Source of the DNA: Phycisphaerae bacterium
GTDB lineage: Bacteria > Planctomycetota > Phycisphaerae > UBA1845 > Fen-1342
Assembly (NCBI GenBank): GCA_050115495.1
Contig: JASFQK010000013.1
Location: 1 to 64,000, forward strand
Reading direction: 5' to 3'
DNA length: 64,000 bases
In this document: piece by piece, positions 10,011 through 20,223 of the stretch
How the letters are laid out: each line of letters begins with the position of its first letter
Numbering within the stretch: position 1 is the stretch's first letter
Position numbers and translations under genes: made by a program
Notes under the pieces: model-generated
What the model saw: the letters and a program-made list of their open reading frames with translations, nothing else
What the model was told of the DNA's origin: nothing
Database searches by the model: none

Positions 10011-13000
10011 ATGCGCGTTGGCAGTCTCTCTCGATCCGCCGTTTTGTTGGTTCTGGCGATGTTCTTGGGCGGGGCCCACGTGGTTTGGGGGGACGACGTG
10101 GTGTTCGCGCGGCACCTGTCGCTCTCGCCCGACGGGCAGACGCTGGCGTTCACCTGGGCGGGGGATATCTGGACCGTGTCGGCGGAGGGCGGCGTGGCCC
10201 AGCGGCTGACCGTGCATCCGGCGTACGAGAGCCGGCCGGTCTGGTCGCACAGCGGCGAGCAGATCGCGTTCACGTCGCAGCGACACGGGGCGGCCAACGT
10301 CTTCATCATGAATCGCGACGGCACGAACGTGCAGCGGCTGACGTTCGACGATCGCCCGGCGGTCGTGACGGACTGGTCGCTCGACGATCAATACGTGTAC
10401 TTCCACGCTTCCCGCGAGGGGCAGGTATTCTGGGAGGCCAAGGTCTATCGCGTGCCCGTGGCGGGCGGACAGCCCTGGCGGGTGATGGACTGCTTCGCCG
10501 CCGAGGCCCGGCTCGATCCGCAGGGGCGGTACATTGCCTTCGAGCGTGGCGGTTCGAAGTGGTGGCGTCGCGGCTATCACGGCAGTGCCAACCACGATAT
10601 CTGGCTGATGGACGTGCAAACCGGTGCGTTCCGGCAGCTCACTTTCTTCGACGGCACGGATCGCGAGCCGTGCTGGGACCCGAGCGGCGGCTGCCTGTAC
10701 TACCTGTCCGAACAGGGCGGCAACGTGAACGTCTGGTTCGAGGCGCTGGCCGGCGGGGCACCGCTCCAGCTTACCGACCTCGAGGGTGCCGACGTGCGCG
10801 ACCTGACTGTCTCCGGCGACGGCCGCAAGCTGGCGTTCACGTTCTGGGACAAGGTCTACACGATGTCACTGCCCCTGGGCGAATTGGAGGAGATTCAGAT
10901 CACCGCCGGCAGCGACGCCCCGCTCGCGGACATGGAGTGGGAGACGTTTCGCAACAACGCCAGCGAGGCGGAGATTTCGCCGGACGGGGAGGAGATCGTC
11001 CTGGTCGTGCACGGGGAGCTGTTCGTGATCCGGACGGACGACGACAAGCCGACGCGGCGGGTCACCGAGTCGCCGTTCCGCGACCACGACGTGGTGTGGT
11101 CGCCGGACGGGAAGGCGTTGTACTTCGTTTCCGACCGGACGGGGATGGAACACATCTGGCGGGTGTGCTCGGCGGAGGAGTCGGCGAAGGCGCTGGCCGA
11201 CTCGATGCACTTCCGGATCGAGCAGGTGACCGAGGGTGACGAGCCGTGCGTGCATCCGCAGATTTCGCCAGACGGGAAGTCGCTGGCGTACATGCGGCTG
11301 CGCGGGGACCTGGTGGTGCGCGATCTGAAGAGCGGCGAGGAGCATGTGCTGCTGCCGAGCTGGAACATCGGGTCGTTCCGGTGGTCGCCGGACAGCAAGC
11401 AGATGGCGTACGCGGTCCAGGACATCGAGCACAATTCGGATGTGTGGATTGTGCCGGCGGACGGGAGTGCGGCGGCGGTGAACATCTCGCAGCACCCGGA
11501 CGACGACGGCGATCCGCAGTGGTCGAACGACGGGCGGATGCTGGCGTTCCGCTCGGCGCGGCATGGGTTCGATTCGGACCTGTACGTGGCGTTGCTCGCG
11601 CCGGCGCTGGAGGAGCTGTCGAGCGTCGAGCGTGCGGCGTACTTCAAAGAGCAGGCAGGGGCGGTGAAGAAGCTCAAGCCGCTGAAGTCGGCGGTGGCCA
11701 GCGGCAAGATTCGCCTGGCCGGTGAGCCGCCGGCCAGCCAGCCGGCGGAGGAAGCGGAAGAGCCGGCCGAGGGTGAGGAAGAGGCGGCGGCCGAGTCGCA
11801 ACCGGCGGCCGAGTCGCAGCCAGCGGCGGAATCACAACCGGCGGGCGAGCCGTGGTGGCGGAGTCAGCTCCGCCAGGTGCTCAAGCAGTTGCTCGAAGAG
11901 CCCGCCGCACCGGGGGCCGGAAAGGGAAAGAAGGGGGAGGAAGGCAAGGACAAGGACAAGGAGGAAGAGGCCGAGCAGAAGTACCCGGTTGAGCTCGAGA
12001 CCGCGTACCAGCGGATCCGCCGGGTGACGAACCTGCCGGCGGACCAGGGGCAGTTCGCGTTCGCCCCGGACGGCAGCGTGCTGGTCTTCACGTCGGCCCA
12101 CACCGGCAGCACGAAGCTGTACTCCATCAAGTGGGACGGCGGTGGGCTGAAGCAGATCGGTTCGAGCGGTGTCGGCGCGCTGCGCTGGGCACTGACTGGC
12201 GGCAAGCTGTATTACATCCGGGGCGGCGTGTCGAACTCGTGCTCGCCGACCGGCGGCGGGACGAAGTCGTATGGCTTCCGGGCGAAGATGGCCATCGACT
12301 ACACCGCCGAGGCGGCGCAGAAGTTCGACGATGCCGCCCGGGCCCTGGGCTTCAGCTTCTACCATCCGACGCTCAAGGGGCTCGACTGGCCCGCCCTGAC
12401 GGCCCGCTATCGCGACCTCGCGACGCGCACGCGTACCGTCACCGAGTTCAACGAGGTCTTCAGCATGCTGCTCGGTGAGCTGAATGGCTCGCACCTGGGG
12501 ATCATGGGCGGCACGCGCGGTGAGAGGACATCCGAGCGCATTGGCTATCTCGGGTGTGAGTTCGATGCGGCGTTCGCCGGACCGGGGTTGAAGGTGACGG
12601 CGGTTACGCCGCGCGGTCCCGCCGATCGCGAGGAAAGCAAGCTGGTGCCCGGCGACGTGCTGTTGAGCGTGAACGGGACGCCGGTCGGGCCGGCGGACCC
12701 GCTGGATCGGGCCCTGATCGATACGGTCGACGACCTCGTGATCCTGGAGTACCTGCCGTCACCCGACCGCATGAAGGAGGAGGCCACGACGCAGCCGGCG
12801 ACTGCGCCGGCAGACGAGGGTGAGGCGGCCGAGGAGAGCGAGCCTGTCGCGGAGAGCGAGCCGGCCGGCGAGCCGTCGCCGGAGCAGATGGTGATCCGGC
12901 CCATCTCCTTCAGGACGTTCGACCGGCTGCAATACGAGGCGTGGGTGGAGGGGAACCGGCGTTACGTCGAGGAGCACTCCGACGGGCGACTGGGCTATTG

Positions 13001-13574
13001 CCACATCGAGACGATGGCCCAGCCGGACTTCGAGGTCTTCGAGCGGGATCTGTACGCCGCGGCGCACGGCCGTGACGGGTTGATCATCGACGTGCGGAAC
13101 AACGGCGGCGGTTGGACGGCGGACTGGGTGATGGCCGTACTGACCGTGCAGCGGCACGCCTACACGGTGCCGCGCGGTGCGACGGAGCACGGCTACCCGC
13201 AGGATCGGCTGATCTTCTACGCCTGGACAAAGCCGACGACGATGATGTGCAACCAGTACAGCTACTCGAATGCGGAGATCGTCTCGCATGCGTTCAAGAC
13301 GCTGAAGCGCGGGCCGCTGGTGGGCATGACCTCGTTCGGGGCGGTCATCAGTACTGGGGCCTACCGTTTGATTGACGGGACCTACGTGCGCATTCCGGGC
13401 CGGGGCTGGTACACGCCGGACGGAACGGATATGGAGCTGCACGGTGCGGTGCCCGACGTGTTGGTGCCCTGCGGGCCGGCGGATGAGGTGGCCGGGCGGC
13501 GGCCACAGCTCGATGCGGCGATCCAGGCCACGCTCGAAAGCATCGCGGCCGAGGCGGATCAGGCCGAGCCGTAG
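10011..13574 (+). CDS. Tricorn-like S41 family protease (PD40 beta-propellers, PDZ, S41 catalytic domain), exported
   Basis: AGGAG RBS and signal peptide; repeated WSPDG propeller motifs; GELNGSH; PDZ (GDVLLSVNG); DVRNNGGG; SYSNAE; GAVPD. Confidence 0.92.
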   Translation: MRVGSLSRSAVLLVLAMFLGGAHVVWGDDVVFARHLSLSPDGQTLAFTWAGDIWTVSAEGGVAQRLTVHPAYESRPVWSHSGEQIAFTSQRHGAANVFIMNRDGTNVQRLTFDDRPAVVTDWSLDDQYVYFHASREGQVFWEAKVYRVPVAGGQPWRVMDCFAAEARLDPQGRYIAFERGGSKWWRRGYHGSANHDIWLMDVQTGAFRQLTFFDGTDREPCWDPSGGCLYYLSEQGGNVNVWFEALAGGAPLQLTDLEGADVRDLTVSGDGRKLAFTFWDKVYTMSLPLGELEEIQITAGSDAPLADMEWETFRNNASEAEISPDGEEIVLVVHGELFVIRTDDDKPTRRVTESPFRDHDVVWSPDGKALYFVSDRTGMEHIWRVCSAEESAKALADSMHFRIEQVTEGDEPCVHPQISPDGKSLAYMRLRGDLVVRDLKSGEEHVLLPSWNIGSFRWSPDSKQMAYAVQDIEHNSDVWIVPADGSAAAVNISQHPDDDGDPQWSNDGRMLAFRSARHGFDSDLYVALLAPALEELSSVERAAYFKEQAGAVKKLKPLKSAVASGKIRLAGEPPASQPAEEAEEPAEGEEEAAAESQPAAESQPAAESQPAGEPWWRSQLRQVLKQLLEEPAAPGAGKGKKGEEGKDKDKEEEAEQKYPVELETAYQRIRRVTNLPADQGQFAFAPDGSVLVFTSAHTGSTKLYSIKWDGGGLKQIGSSGVGALRWALTGGKLYYIRGGVSNSCSPTGGGTKSYGFRAKMAIDYTAEAAQKFDDAARALGFSFYHPTLKGLDWPALTARYRDLATRTRTVTEFNEVFSMLLGELNGSHLGIMGGTRGERTSERIGYLGCEFDAAFAGPGLKVTAVTPRGPADREESKLVPGDVLLSVNGTPVGPADPLDRALIDTVDDLVILEYLPSPDRMKEEATTQPATAPADEGEAAEESEPVAESEPAGEPSPEQMVIRPISFRTFDRLQYEAWVEGNRRYVEEHSDGRLGYCHIETMAQPDFEVFERDLYAAAHGRDGLIIDVRNNGGGWTADWVMAVLTVQRHAYTVPRGATEHGYPQDRLIFYAWTKPTTMMCNQYSYSNAEIVSHAFKTLKRGPLVGMTSFGAVISTGAYRLIDGTYVRIPGRGWYTPDGTDMELHGAVPDVLVPCGPADEVAGRRPQLDAAIQATLESIAAEADQAEP

Positions 13575-13586
13575 GGGAGAGCGGCG

Positions 13587-14729
13587 ATGGGCGGCGATGG
13601 GACGAGGTGGCCAGGCGGCTATCGGCCGGTGCTGACGCACGTCGTGGCGGCCGTCGTGGGGGCGGCGGTGCTGGGCGGCGTGTATTGGGTGGGGGGGCAG
13701 CGCGTGCGGCCGGTGACGCCGGTGGCGGGGCCGGATCCGCGGACGGCGTTACCCGACGCGTACGCCTGGACGGCCCTGCCGGCGGCGGAGTTTCCCATCC
13801 CGCCGTACGCGGAGCACCTGGCGGGGGTGAAGATCGTGCTGGATCCGGGGCATGGCGGGCGGGGGGATCGGCCGAAGTGGAAGCGCGGACCGACCGGTTT
13901 ACGCGAAGCAGAAGTCAATCTGCGCGTGGCGCAGTTTTTGCGCGAGTTTTTGCTCGCGGTGGGCGCCGAGGTGCACATGACGCGGGAGGCCGACGTCTAC
14001 CTCGCCGCCGACATGTCTGCTGATCTGGCACGCCGGGCGGCGCTGGCGAACGCGCTGCCCGCGGATCTGTTCCTGTCAATTCATCACAACGGCGCGGACG
14101 AGCCGGCGGCGAACTACACGTCGATGTGGTACCACGGGACAGGCGATCACAGCCCGGCGAGCCGGCAGGCGGCGCGGTGGCTGCTGACGGCGTTGAACGA
14201 GCATCTGCGACTCGAGCAGCACCTGCCGTGTCCGCTGATGTCGGACACGGAGATGTACGAGAGCGGGTTCGCCGTGCTGCGCCTGGCCGACGTGCCGGCG
14301 GTACTCGGAGAGTCGTGCTTTCACTCGAACCCGGAGCAGGAAGCGTTGCTGCGCGACCCGGTGTACAACCGGCGGGAGGCGTACGCGTACTTCCTGGGTC
14401 TGGCGCAGTGGGCGCAGGCGGGGCTGCCGCGCGTGCGGCTGGCGACGGCGGGCAGAGTGCGCGGGGGGCAGAAGGTGGAGGTGGTGCTGGAAGACGGGCT
14501 GAGCCGGCGGAGCGGGTGGGGCGGCCGCGTGAGCAAGATCGTGACGAGCACGATCATCGTTCGGCTGAACGGCGAGCCGCTGGGTTGCGAGGCGGATTTG
14601 GCGCGTGGGCGGCTGGTGGTGCGGCTGCCGCGGTGGCTGCGGGCGCCGGCGGAATTGTACGTGGATTTCGAGAATATCTTCGGGCAAAGCGTGCTGCACC
14701 CGGTGCTGACGCTGCCCGTGGGGAACTGA
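13587..14729 (+). CDS. N-acetylmuramoyl-L-alanine amidase (Amidase_3)
   Basis: LDPGHGG, EAEVNL, FLSIHHN, PAVLGE zinc/catalytic motifs; N-terminal TM segment. Confidence 0.9.
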   Translation: MGGDGTRWPGGYRPVLTHVVAAVVGAAVLGGVYWVGGQRVRPVTPVAGPDPRTALPDAYAWTALPAAEFPIPPYAEHLAGVKIVLDPGHGGRGDRPKWKRGPTGLREAEVNLRVAQFLREFLLAVGAEVHMTREADVYLAADMSADLARRAALANALPADLFLSIHHNGADEPAANYTSMWYHGTGDHSPASRQAARWLLTALNEHLRLEQHLPCPLMSDTEMYESGFAVLRLADVPAVLGESCFHSNPEQEALLRDPVYNRREAYAYFLGLAQWAQAGLPRVRLATAGRVRGGQKVEVVLEDGLSRRSGWGGRVSKIVTSTIIVRLNGEPLGCEADLARGRLVVRLPRWLRAPAELYVDFENIFGQSVLHPVLTLPVGN

Positions 14730-14743
14730 GGGGGCCGCGAAAG

Positions 14744-14777
14744 AAAAAAAGGGCCCGTCACACGTTGGTGACGGGCC
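14744..14777 (-). terminator. Rho-independent terminator-like hairpin
   Basis: GGCCCGTCAC/GTGACGGGCC 10-bp stem with adjacent A7 (U-tract on the minus strand). Confidence 0.75.
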
Positions 14778-14804
14778 ACGTAGCGACGAACCAGTAAGCC
14801 GGGT

Positions 14805-14837
14805 GAAGAAGAAGGCCCCGCCGACTGGGCGGGGCCT
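14805..14837 (-). terminator. Rho-independent terminator-like hairpin
   Basis: AGGCCCCGCC/GGCGGGGCCT 10-bp stem followed on the minus strand by TCTTCTTC, just after the 14849 stop. Confidence 0.7.
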
Positions 14838-14848
14838 GATCCGGGAGA

Positions 14849-15310
14849 CTACTTCCAGGTGTAGTTCTGGAACGGACGGGCGTTGACGTTGCCGGTCGTC
14901 GCGATGAGCCAGGTGTTGCCCCGGCCGCGGGTGACGGCCTTGATGCCCGAACCGTACTTCTGCTTCATCCAGCGCTGGCAGGTGGTCGGCGTGGTGTTGG
15001 TCCACTGGTTGCCGAAGTGCCTGGTGAAGTCCTTGTTGGTGAACTTGTAGATGCGGTAGCCGTTGTTGGCGTAGCGGAGCCACTTGTTCGCCTGTGTCGG
15101 CGAGAAGGGGGTCTGCTTGGTGGCGCCAGTGAACTGCGAGTACACGTTGCGGTACGAGCCCATCCGCCACTGGCACTCCTGCCGGGGCTGGTTGAAGGCC
15201 GTCGCCTGGCACGAGTAGTTCGAGGTCTTGCGCTGGGTGGTCGGCCGCTGGTTCTGGACCGTGCGGCTATTGCGATTGTAGGTCTTGCTGTATCGTCTCG
15301 TCATTGGCAT
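14849..15310 (-). CDS. Highly basic, Thr/Asn/Gln-rich hypothetical protein (153 aa)
   Basis: GGAGAG RBS, mostly C/G-ending codons (AAC, ACC, CAG, AAG), and its own terminators. Confidence 0.8.
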   Translation of the reverse strand: MPMTRRYSKTYNRNSRTVQNQRPTTQRKTSNYSCQATAFNQPRQECQWRMGSYRNVYSQFTGATKQTPFSPTQANKWLRYANNGYRIYKFTNKDFTRHFGNQWTNTTPTTCQRWMKQKYGSGIKAVTRGRGNTWLIATTGNVNARPFQNYTWK

Positions 15311-15413
15311 TGCTCTCTCCGATGTGCTTATGGTTCGCCGTGGCTAGCCCCATTAGAAATCGTGGCACACAATAGACGGGTATCGGAACTGACACAGAAG
15401 GAGTTGAGTAAAC

Positions 15414-16460
15414 ATGGACGGGAAATCTCTGCGGAAGGTGGCGGCGGGCGCGCTGGTGGGCGCCGGCCTGCTGCTGGTTATCGCGCTGGCGGGATGCCGA
15501 CCGGCGTCTGAGGGGGCTTCCGCGGCGAAGTCCGTGGTGCTCTACACGTCGGTCGACGAGCGCTTCGCCCGCGAGACGCTCGAGGCCTTCGAGAAGCAGA
15601 CGGGGATCCACGTTGACCTGCTGACGGACTCCGAGGCCGGCAAGACTACCGGGCTGCTGCGGCGCCTGGTCCGCGAGGCGGAGCGGCCGCGCTGCGACGT
15701 CTGGTGGTCGAGCGAGGTCTTCGGGACGATCGAGCTGGCCCGGCAGGGGGTCTTCACGCCGTACCGCAGCCCGGCGGCGGCTGACGTGCCAGCGGCGTGG
15801 AAGGACCCGCAGGACCTGTGGACCGGGGTGGCGGCGCGGGCCCGCGTGCTGGCCTTCCACAGGGGCAAGGTTCGGCGGGAGGAGCTGCCCGGGACGTGGC
15901 TGGAGCTGGGTGAGCCGGCCTGGGCGGCCCGCCTGGCGATCGCCAACCCGGAGTTCGGCACGACCCGGGGACACGTCGCGGCGCTGCTGGCGACCCACGG
16001 TTCGGAGGCCTTCGACAAGTTCCTACAAGGGCTGCACGACGCCGGGGCCCGCATCGCCGACGGCAATGCGCACGCGGTTCGGCTGGTCGCATCGGGCGCC
16101 GCGGACGTGTGCCTGACGGATACGGACGACGTTTGGGTGGCCCAGGGGCGCAGCGAGCCGATCGACCTGGTGTATCCGCGGCTCACGGCGGATGGGCCGA
16201 TTATGTGGATTCCATGCAGTGTGGCGCTGGTTCGCGGTGGGCCGAACGCCGTCGGCGGGCGAAAACTGATCGACTTCCTGGTCAGTGCGGCGGCGGAGCG
16301 GGCCCTGGCCGAGAGCGAGTCGCGGAACGTGCCCGTGCGGCCGGCGCTGCGGGAGGAGCTGGGGATGTCCGGGCCGGCGCCGGAGCCGGTGGACTTCAAC
16401 GCCGTGGCCGACGCCCTGCCGGAAGCGATGCGCAAGGCAGGCGATATATTATTAAAATAG
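15414..16460 (+). CDS. Iron(III)-type ABC transporter substrate-binding lipoprotein (AfuA/FutA-like)
   Basis: Lipobox LAGC; VVLYTS, FEKQTGI, LAIANPEFGT, TDTDD, LIDFLVS motifs; AAGGAG RBS. Confidence 0.85.
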   Translation: MDGKSLRKVAAGALVGAGLLLVIALAGCRPASEGASAAKSVVLYTSVDERFARETLEAFEKQTGIHVDLLTDSEAGKTTGLLRRLVREAERPRCDVWWSSEVFGTIELARQGVFTPYRSPAAADVPAAWKDPQDLWTGVAARARVLAFHRGKVRREELPGTWLELGEPAWAARLAIANPEFGTTRGHVAALLATHGSEAFDKFLQGLHDAGARIADGNAHAVRLVASGAADVCLTDTDDVWVAQGRSEPIDLVYPRLTADGPIMWIPCSVALVRGGPNAVGGRKLIDFLVSAAAERALAESESRNVPVRPALREELGMSGPAPEPVDFNAVADALPEAMRKAGDILLK

Positions 16461-16539
16461 CTGATCGGCCGTGGCGTGTCGGCTGACGGGCCGGTTCCGA
16501 CCGGCGGCGCCGGCGGCTGAACAGGTGGAGGATGGTGCG

Positions 16540-18195
16540 ATGATCAGGCATCGGCGTGGCAAGGCACAGGGCCGGCGGACGAAGAAGCGGAGCCGGTGGC
16601 CGCTGGCTGGCCTGGCCGGGGCGACACTCCTGCTGGCGCTGCCGCTGTTGGCGAGCACGCCGGCGCGAAAGGGCGGGGCGGTGGTCATCCCGATCCGGGG
16701 CGAGATTTCCGACATCATGCGGGATAGCGTCTCGCGGCGGCTGGACCAGGCGAAGGCCGACGGAGCGACGACGGTCATTTTCGAGATGGACACGCTTGGG
16801 GGGCTGGTCACCAGTGCCCTGGATATCTGTCGGCTGATCAAGAACCTGCCCGCGGACGTGCACACGGTGGCCTGGGTCAATGACAAGGCCTACAGCGCCG
16901 GGGCGATGATCTCCGTCTCCTGCCAGCAGATCATCATGAGCAAGGCGTCGTCCATCGGCGACTGCGCGCCGATCATGGTCACGCCGACGGGGGGCCTGGA
17001 GGAAATGGCCCCCACCGAGCGAGCCAAGATGGAGAGCCCCGTACTCCAGGAGTTCCGCGACTCGGCGATTGAGAACGGCTATGACCCTCTGTTGCTGCGG
17101 GCCATGGTCACGGTCGGCGAAGAGGTTTGGTGGGTCGAGAACCCCGAGACCGGCGAGCGACGCTTCGTCACCACGGAGCAGAAGGCCGAGTTGCTCGGCG
17201 AGAAGAAGCTCTTCACGCCGGAGGGCGAGCCGCCCAAGTGGCAACTGGTCGAGAAGTACACGATCCAGCGCTCGGGCGGGGAAGCACGCGAGATCACGGC
17301 CAAACAGCCGGTGGATGCCTCGGGTGAGCTACTGACGGTGTCGCAGTCCGAGGCCGCGGCGTACGGGCTGGCCAGCGGCATCGCCTCGACGCTCGATGAG
17401 GTTGGCGAGCAGCTCGGTCTGCAATCATCGCCGGCCTATCTGGACATCACCGGCTGGGAGCTGTTCGTGATGTGGCTGAACAGTCCGCTGGTGCGTGGCA
17501 TTCTGTTCGCCATCGTGCTGATCGGGGCGTACATCGAGTTCCAGTCGCCGGGGCTGATTCTGCCTGGGGCGACGGCGGCGGTGGCCCTGGTGATTTTCCT
17601 GGCGGCGCCGTTTGCGGCGGGTCTGGCCGACGTGTGGACGTTCGTGCTGCTGGGGCTGGGGCTGATCCTGCTGGCGGCGGAGATCTTCGTGATCCCGGGC
17701 TTCGGGGTCGCGGGGATCCTGGGCATCGCCCTGATCGTGATCGCCCTCATCGGGACGTTCGTCCCCAGCGAGCCGGCACCGGGCGGACCGGATGACGCTC
17801 CGTGGTTCTCCTGGCCATCGCTGCCGGGGACGTGGAACGCCCTGCAACAGGGCATCATCTACCTGTCCGGGAGCATCATCATCGCCTTCATCGGCATCCT
17901 GCTGGTCATCCGCTACCTCCCGCAGACGGCCATCGGGCGGCGTTTGATTCCGCCGAATCCCGAGCACCGCACGCTGACGCTGAACGACCCGCGGCAGGCC
18001 GTGGCCCTGATCGGTGAGGTCGGCATCGTCACCGGCGACCTGCGGCCGGGCGGGCAGGCCCGGTTTGGGCAGGAAATCGTGGACGTGCAGTCCCAGGGCG
18101 AGTATGTTGAAGCCGGCCGGCGCGTGCAGGTTCTCAGACATGAAGGTATGCGCATCGTCGTCCGGCCGCTTCCGGCCGAAGGCGACTCGGCCTGA
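16540..18195 (+). CDS. nfeD: NfeD family membrane-bound ClpP-class serine protease
   Basis: MDTLGG, AYSAGAMI catalytic Ser, TM block (IEFQSPG, EIFVIPGFGVAG), C-terminal OB fold (DLRPGG). Lies upstream of floA. Confidence 0.9.
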   Translation: MIRHRRGKAQGRRTKKRSRWPLAGLAGATLLLALPLLASTPARKGGAVVIPIRGEISDIMRDSVSRRLDQAKADGATTVIFEMDTLGGLVTSALDICRLIKNLPADVHTVAWVNDKAYSAGAMISVSCQQIIMSKASSIGDCAPIMVTPTGGLEEMAPTERAKMESPVLQEFRDSAIENGYDPLLLRAMVTVGEEVWWVENPETGERRFVTTEQKAELLGEKKLFTPEGEPPKWQLVEKYTIQRSGGEAREITAKQPVDASGELLTVSQSEAAAYGLASGIASTLDEVGEQLGLQSSPAYLDITGWELFVMWLNSPLVRGILFAIVLIGAYIEFQSPGLILPGATAAVALVIFLAAPFAAGLADVWTFVLLGLGLILLAAEIFVIPGFGVAGILGIALIVIALIGTFVPSEPAPGGPDDAPWFSWPSLPGTWNALQQGIIYLSGSIIIAFIGILLVIRYLPQTAIGRRLIPPNPEHRTLTLNDPRQAVALIGEVGIVTGDLRPGGQARFGQEIVDVQSQGEYVEAGRRVQVLRHEGMRIVVRPLPAEGDSA

Positions 18196-18228
18196 AACGA
18201 GATCATCTAGCGACTCAAGGGGAGTCCG

Positions 18229-19236
18229 ATGGAAAACTGGTTCTGGATCGTGATGGGCGTCGTCGGGGCGATCATCGCCCTGGTGGTGTTCGTGCTGGGT
18301 ATCAACTTCGGTCGGCTCTACGTTCTGGCCTTGTTCGCCAAGGCCCGGGTGGGCATCGGCGAGCTGATCGGTATGTCGCTGCGCGGCGTGAACAGCAGCG
18401 CCATCGTCAATAGCAAGATCCAGGCATGGAAGGCCGGTCTGACCGACATCAGCACCGAAGACCTGGAGACGCACTTCCTGGCCCGCGGCCGGGTGCCGAA
18501 CGTCGTTCGGGCCCTTATCTCGGCCGAGCGGGCCGAGATCCCGCTGAACTTCCGCACGGCTTGTGCCATCGATCTCGCCGGCCGCGACATCGTTGACGCC
18601 GTGCAAACGAGCGTGAATCCCAAGGTCATCGACTGCCCCAACCCCGCGCAGGGCCGCAGCACGATCGACGCCGTCGCCAAGGACGGCATCCAGCTTAAGG
18701 CCCGGGCCCGCGTCACCGTGCGCACCAACATCCAACGGCTCATCGGCGGGGCTACGGAGGAGACGATCGTCGCCCGTGTCGGCGAGGGCATCGTTTCGGC
18801 CATCGGCTCGGCACAGTCGCACAAGGACGTTCTCGAGAACCCTGACAAGATCTCCAAGGCGGTGCTCAACAAGGGCCTCGATGCCGGTACCGCTTACGAG
18901 ATTCTCTCCATCGATATCGCCGACATCGATGTCGGCGACAACATCGGTGCCCGCTTGCAGGCGGATCAGGCCGAAGCCGACAAGAAGCGCTTCCAGGCCG
19001 AGGCCGAGAAGCGGCGGGCGATGGCCTTGGCCCGCGAGCAGGAGATGGTCGCCCTCGTTCAGGAGAACCGGGCGAAGGTCGTTCTGGCCGAGGCGGAGAT
19101 TCCGCTGGCCATGGCCGAGGCTTTCCGTAGCGGCAACCTGGGCATCATGGACTACTACCGCCTGCGGAACATCCAGGCCGACACGAAGATGCGCGACCAG
19201 ATCGGCGGCGGTGACGCGTCGAATACGAACAAGTAG
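18229..19236 (+). CDS. floA: Flotillin-like protein FloA (YqfA)
   Basis: [64 protein letters not shown]. Confidence 0.96.
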   Translation: MENWFWIVMGVVGAIIALVVFVLGINFGRLYVLALFAKARVGIGELIGMSLRGVNSSAIVNSKIQAWKAGLTDISTEDLETHFLARGRVPNVVRALISAERAEIPLNFRTACAIDLAGRDIVDAVQTSVNPKVIDCPNPAQGRSTIDAVAKDGIQLKARARVTVRTNIQRLIGGATEETIVARVGEGIVSAIGSAQSHKDVLENPDKISKAVLNKGLDAGTAYEILSIDIADIDVGDNIGARLQADQAEADKKRFQAEAEKRRAMALAREQEMVALVQENRAKVVLAEAEIPLAMAEAFRSGNLGIMDYYRLRNIQADTKMRDQIGGGDASNTNK

Positions 19237-19278
19237 CCGGCTTCGCCCCGGCGGACGCGGCGCGTAGCGAGAAATACC

Positions 19279-19866
19279 ATGTGGCCCTTCTTGGCTCAGG
19301 ACAGCCCGTTCGAAGAACTCGGCGGGGCGGCGGTCGTCATCGTTATCGCCATCGCCAGCGCCCTGGGCGGGTTGCTCAAGAAGAAGAAGGAGCAGAAGCA
19401 GACGGAGGAGAGTCGCCCGCCGATTCCGCCCGGTGCCCGGCCGCGGCGGCCCACCGTGTATGGGCCGCGTCCCGCAGGGCCGGCGGGTGGCAGTGCTCCC
19501 GGGGCGCAGGGGACGGAGCGCCGGGTAGGCGAAGACGTTCGCGCGTGGCAGGCGCGCGTGGCCGAGGCGGCCCGGCGAGCAGCTCAGACCCGGCAGCCGG
19601 TGACGGTCCGGCCGCCTGTGGCGCGGCCCGCACCGGTACCGCCGAGGCGGGAAGTGGCGCCGGTAGTGACGCCGACGCCGAAGCCGGTGCCGGCACCGGA
19701 GTTGGAGCCGATTGTCTTCTCGGCGGAGGGGCCAGCGAGGACGGTGAACGCCGTGGGCCGGCGCGTGCGGAGTCTGTTGGCCGAGCGCGAGGCGGTCCGG
19801 GCGGCGTTCGTGATGTCGGAGATCTTCGGGCCGCCATTGGGGTTACGCGACGAGCGGCCGGAGTAG
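19279..19866 (+). CDS. YqfB-like Pro-rich membrane-anchored protein
   Basis: N-terminal TM, Pro-rich linker, C-terminal RAAFVMSEIFGPPLGLR motif typical of the gene after floA. Confidence 0.7.
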   Translation: MWPFLAQDSPFEELGGAAVVIVIAIASALGGLLKKKKEQKQTEESRPPIPPGARPRRPTVYGPRPAGPAGGSAPGAQGTERRVGEDVRAWQARVAEAARRAAQTRQPVTVRPPVARPAPVPPRREVAPVVTPTPKPVPAPELEPIVFSAEGPARTVNAVGRRVRSLLAEREAVRAAFVMSEIFGPPLGLRDERPE

Positions 19867-19925
19867 GTGCGGGGGTTTTCCACGGCGGTTTGAGGGAGCC
19901 GGGGGTGGTGCGCGCGGCGGGGCGC

Positions 19926-20016
19926 TCAGTCGTCCCCGACGGGACTTCGGGTCGGGGGGCGTGTCGGGGTACCAGCACTGCGTACTGGGCTACAATCAGC
20001 CGTCCCTGACGGGACT
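19926..20016. repeat. REP-like palindromic repeat, family A (copy 2)
   Basis: Near-identical to 9760-9851 in its hairpins and central motif. Confidence 0.85.
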
Positions 20017-20042
20017 CAGATGCTGCAACCCGGTCGATCCAT

Positions 20043-20223
20043 CCGAGCCGCGACCGGTAGGGAGCTGGTTGCGGGGTGCGGGGGCGTGTTGGCGGCTGAC
20101 CGCCTCGCTATCGCTCGGGGCTCGGATGGATGGGCTTGTCCGAGCCGCGACTGGTAGGGAGCTGGTTGTGGGGTGCGGGGGCGTTTTCGCGGATAACCGC
20201 CTCGCTGCCGCTCGGGGCTCGGA
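20043..20223. repeat. BIME-like cluster of four family B REP units in alternating orientation
   Basis: CCGAGCCGCGAC(C/T)GGTAGGGAGCTGGTT at 20043 and 20140 alternates with ACCGCCTCGCT..CGCTCGGGGCTCGGA at ~20099 and ~20197. Confidence 0.8.

Noticed and set aside
19926..20223. Repeat cluster as a CRISPR array
   Set aside because: Units alternate in orientation, are degenerate, lack regular unique spacers, and no cas genes are present. The pattern is REP/BIME-like.
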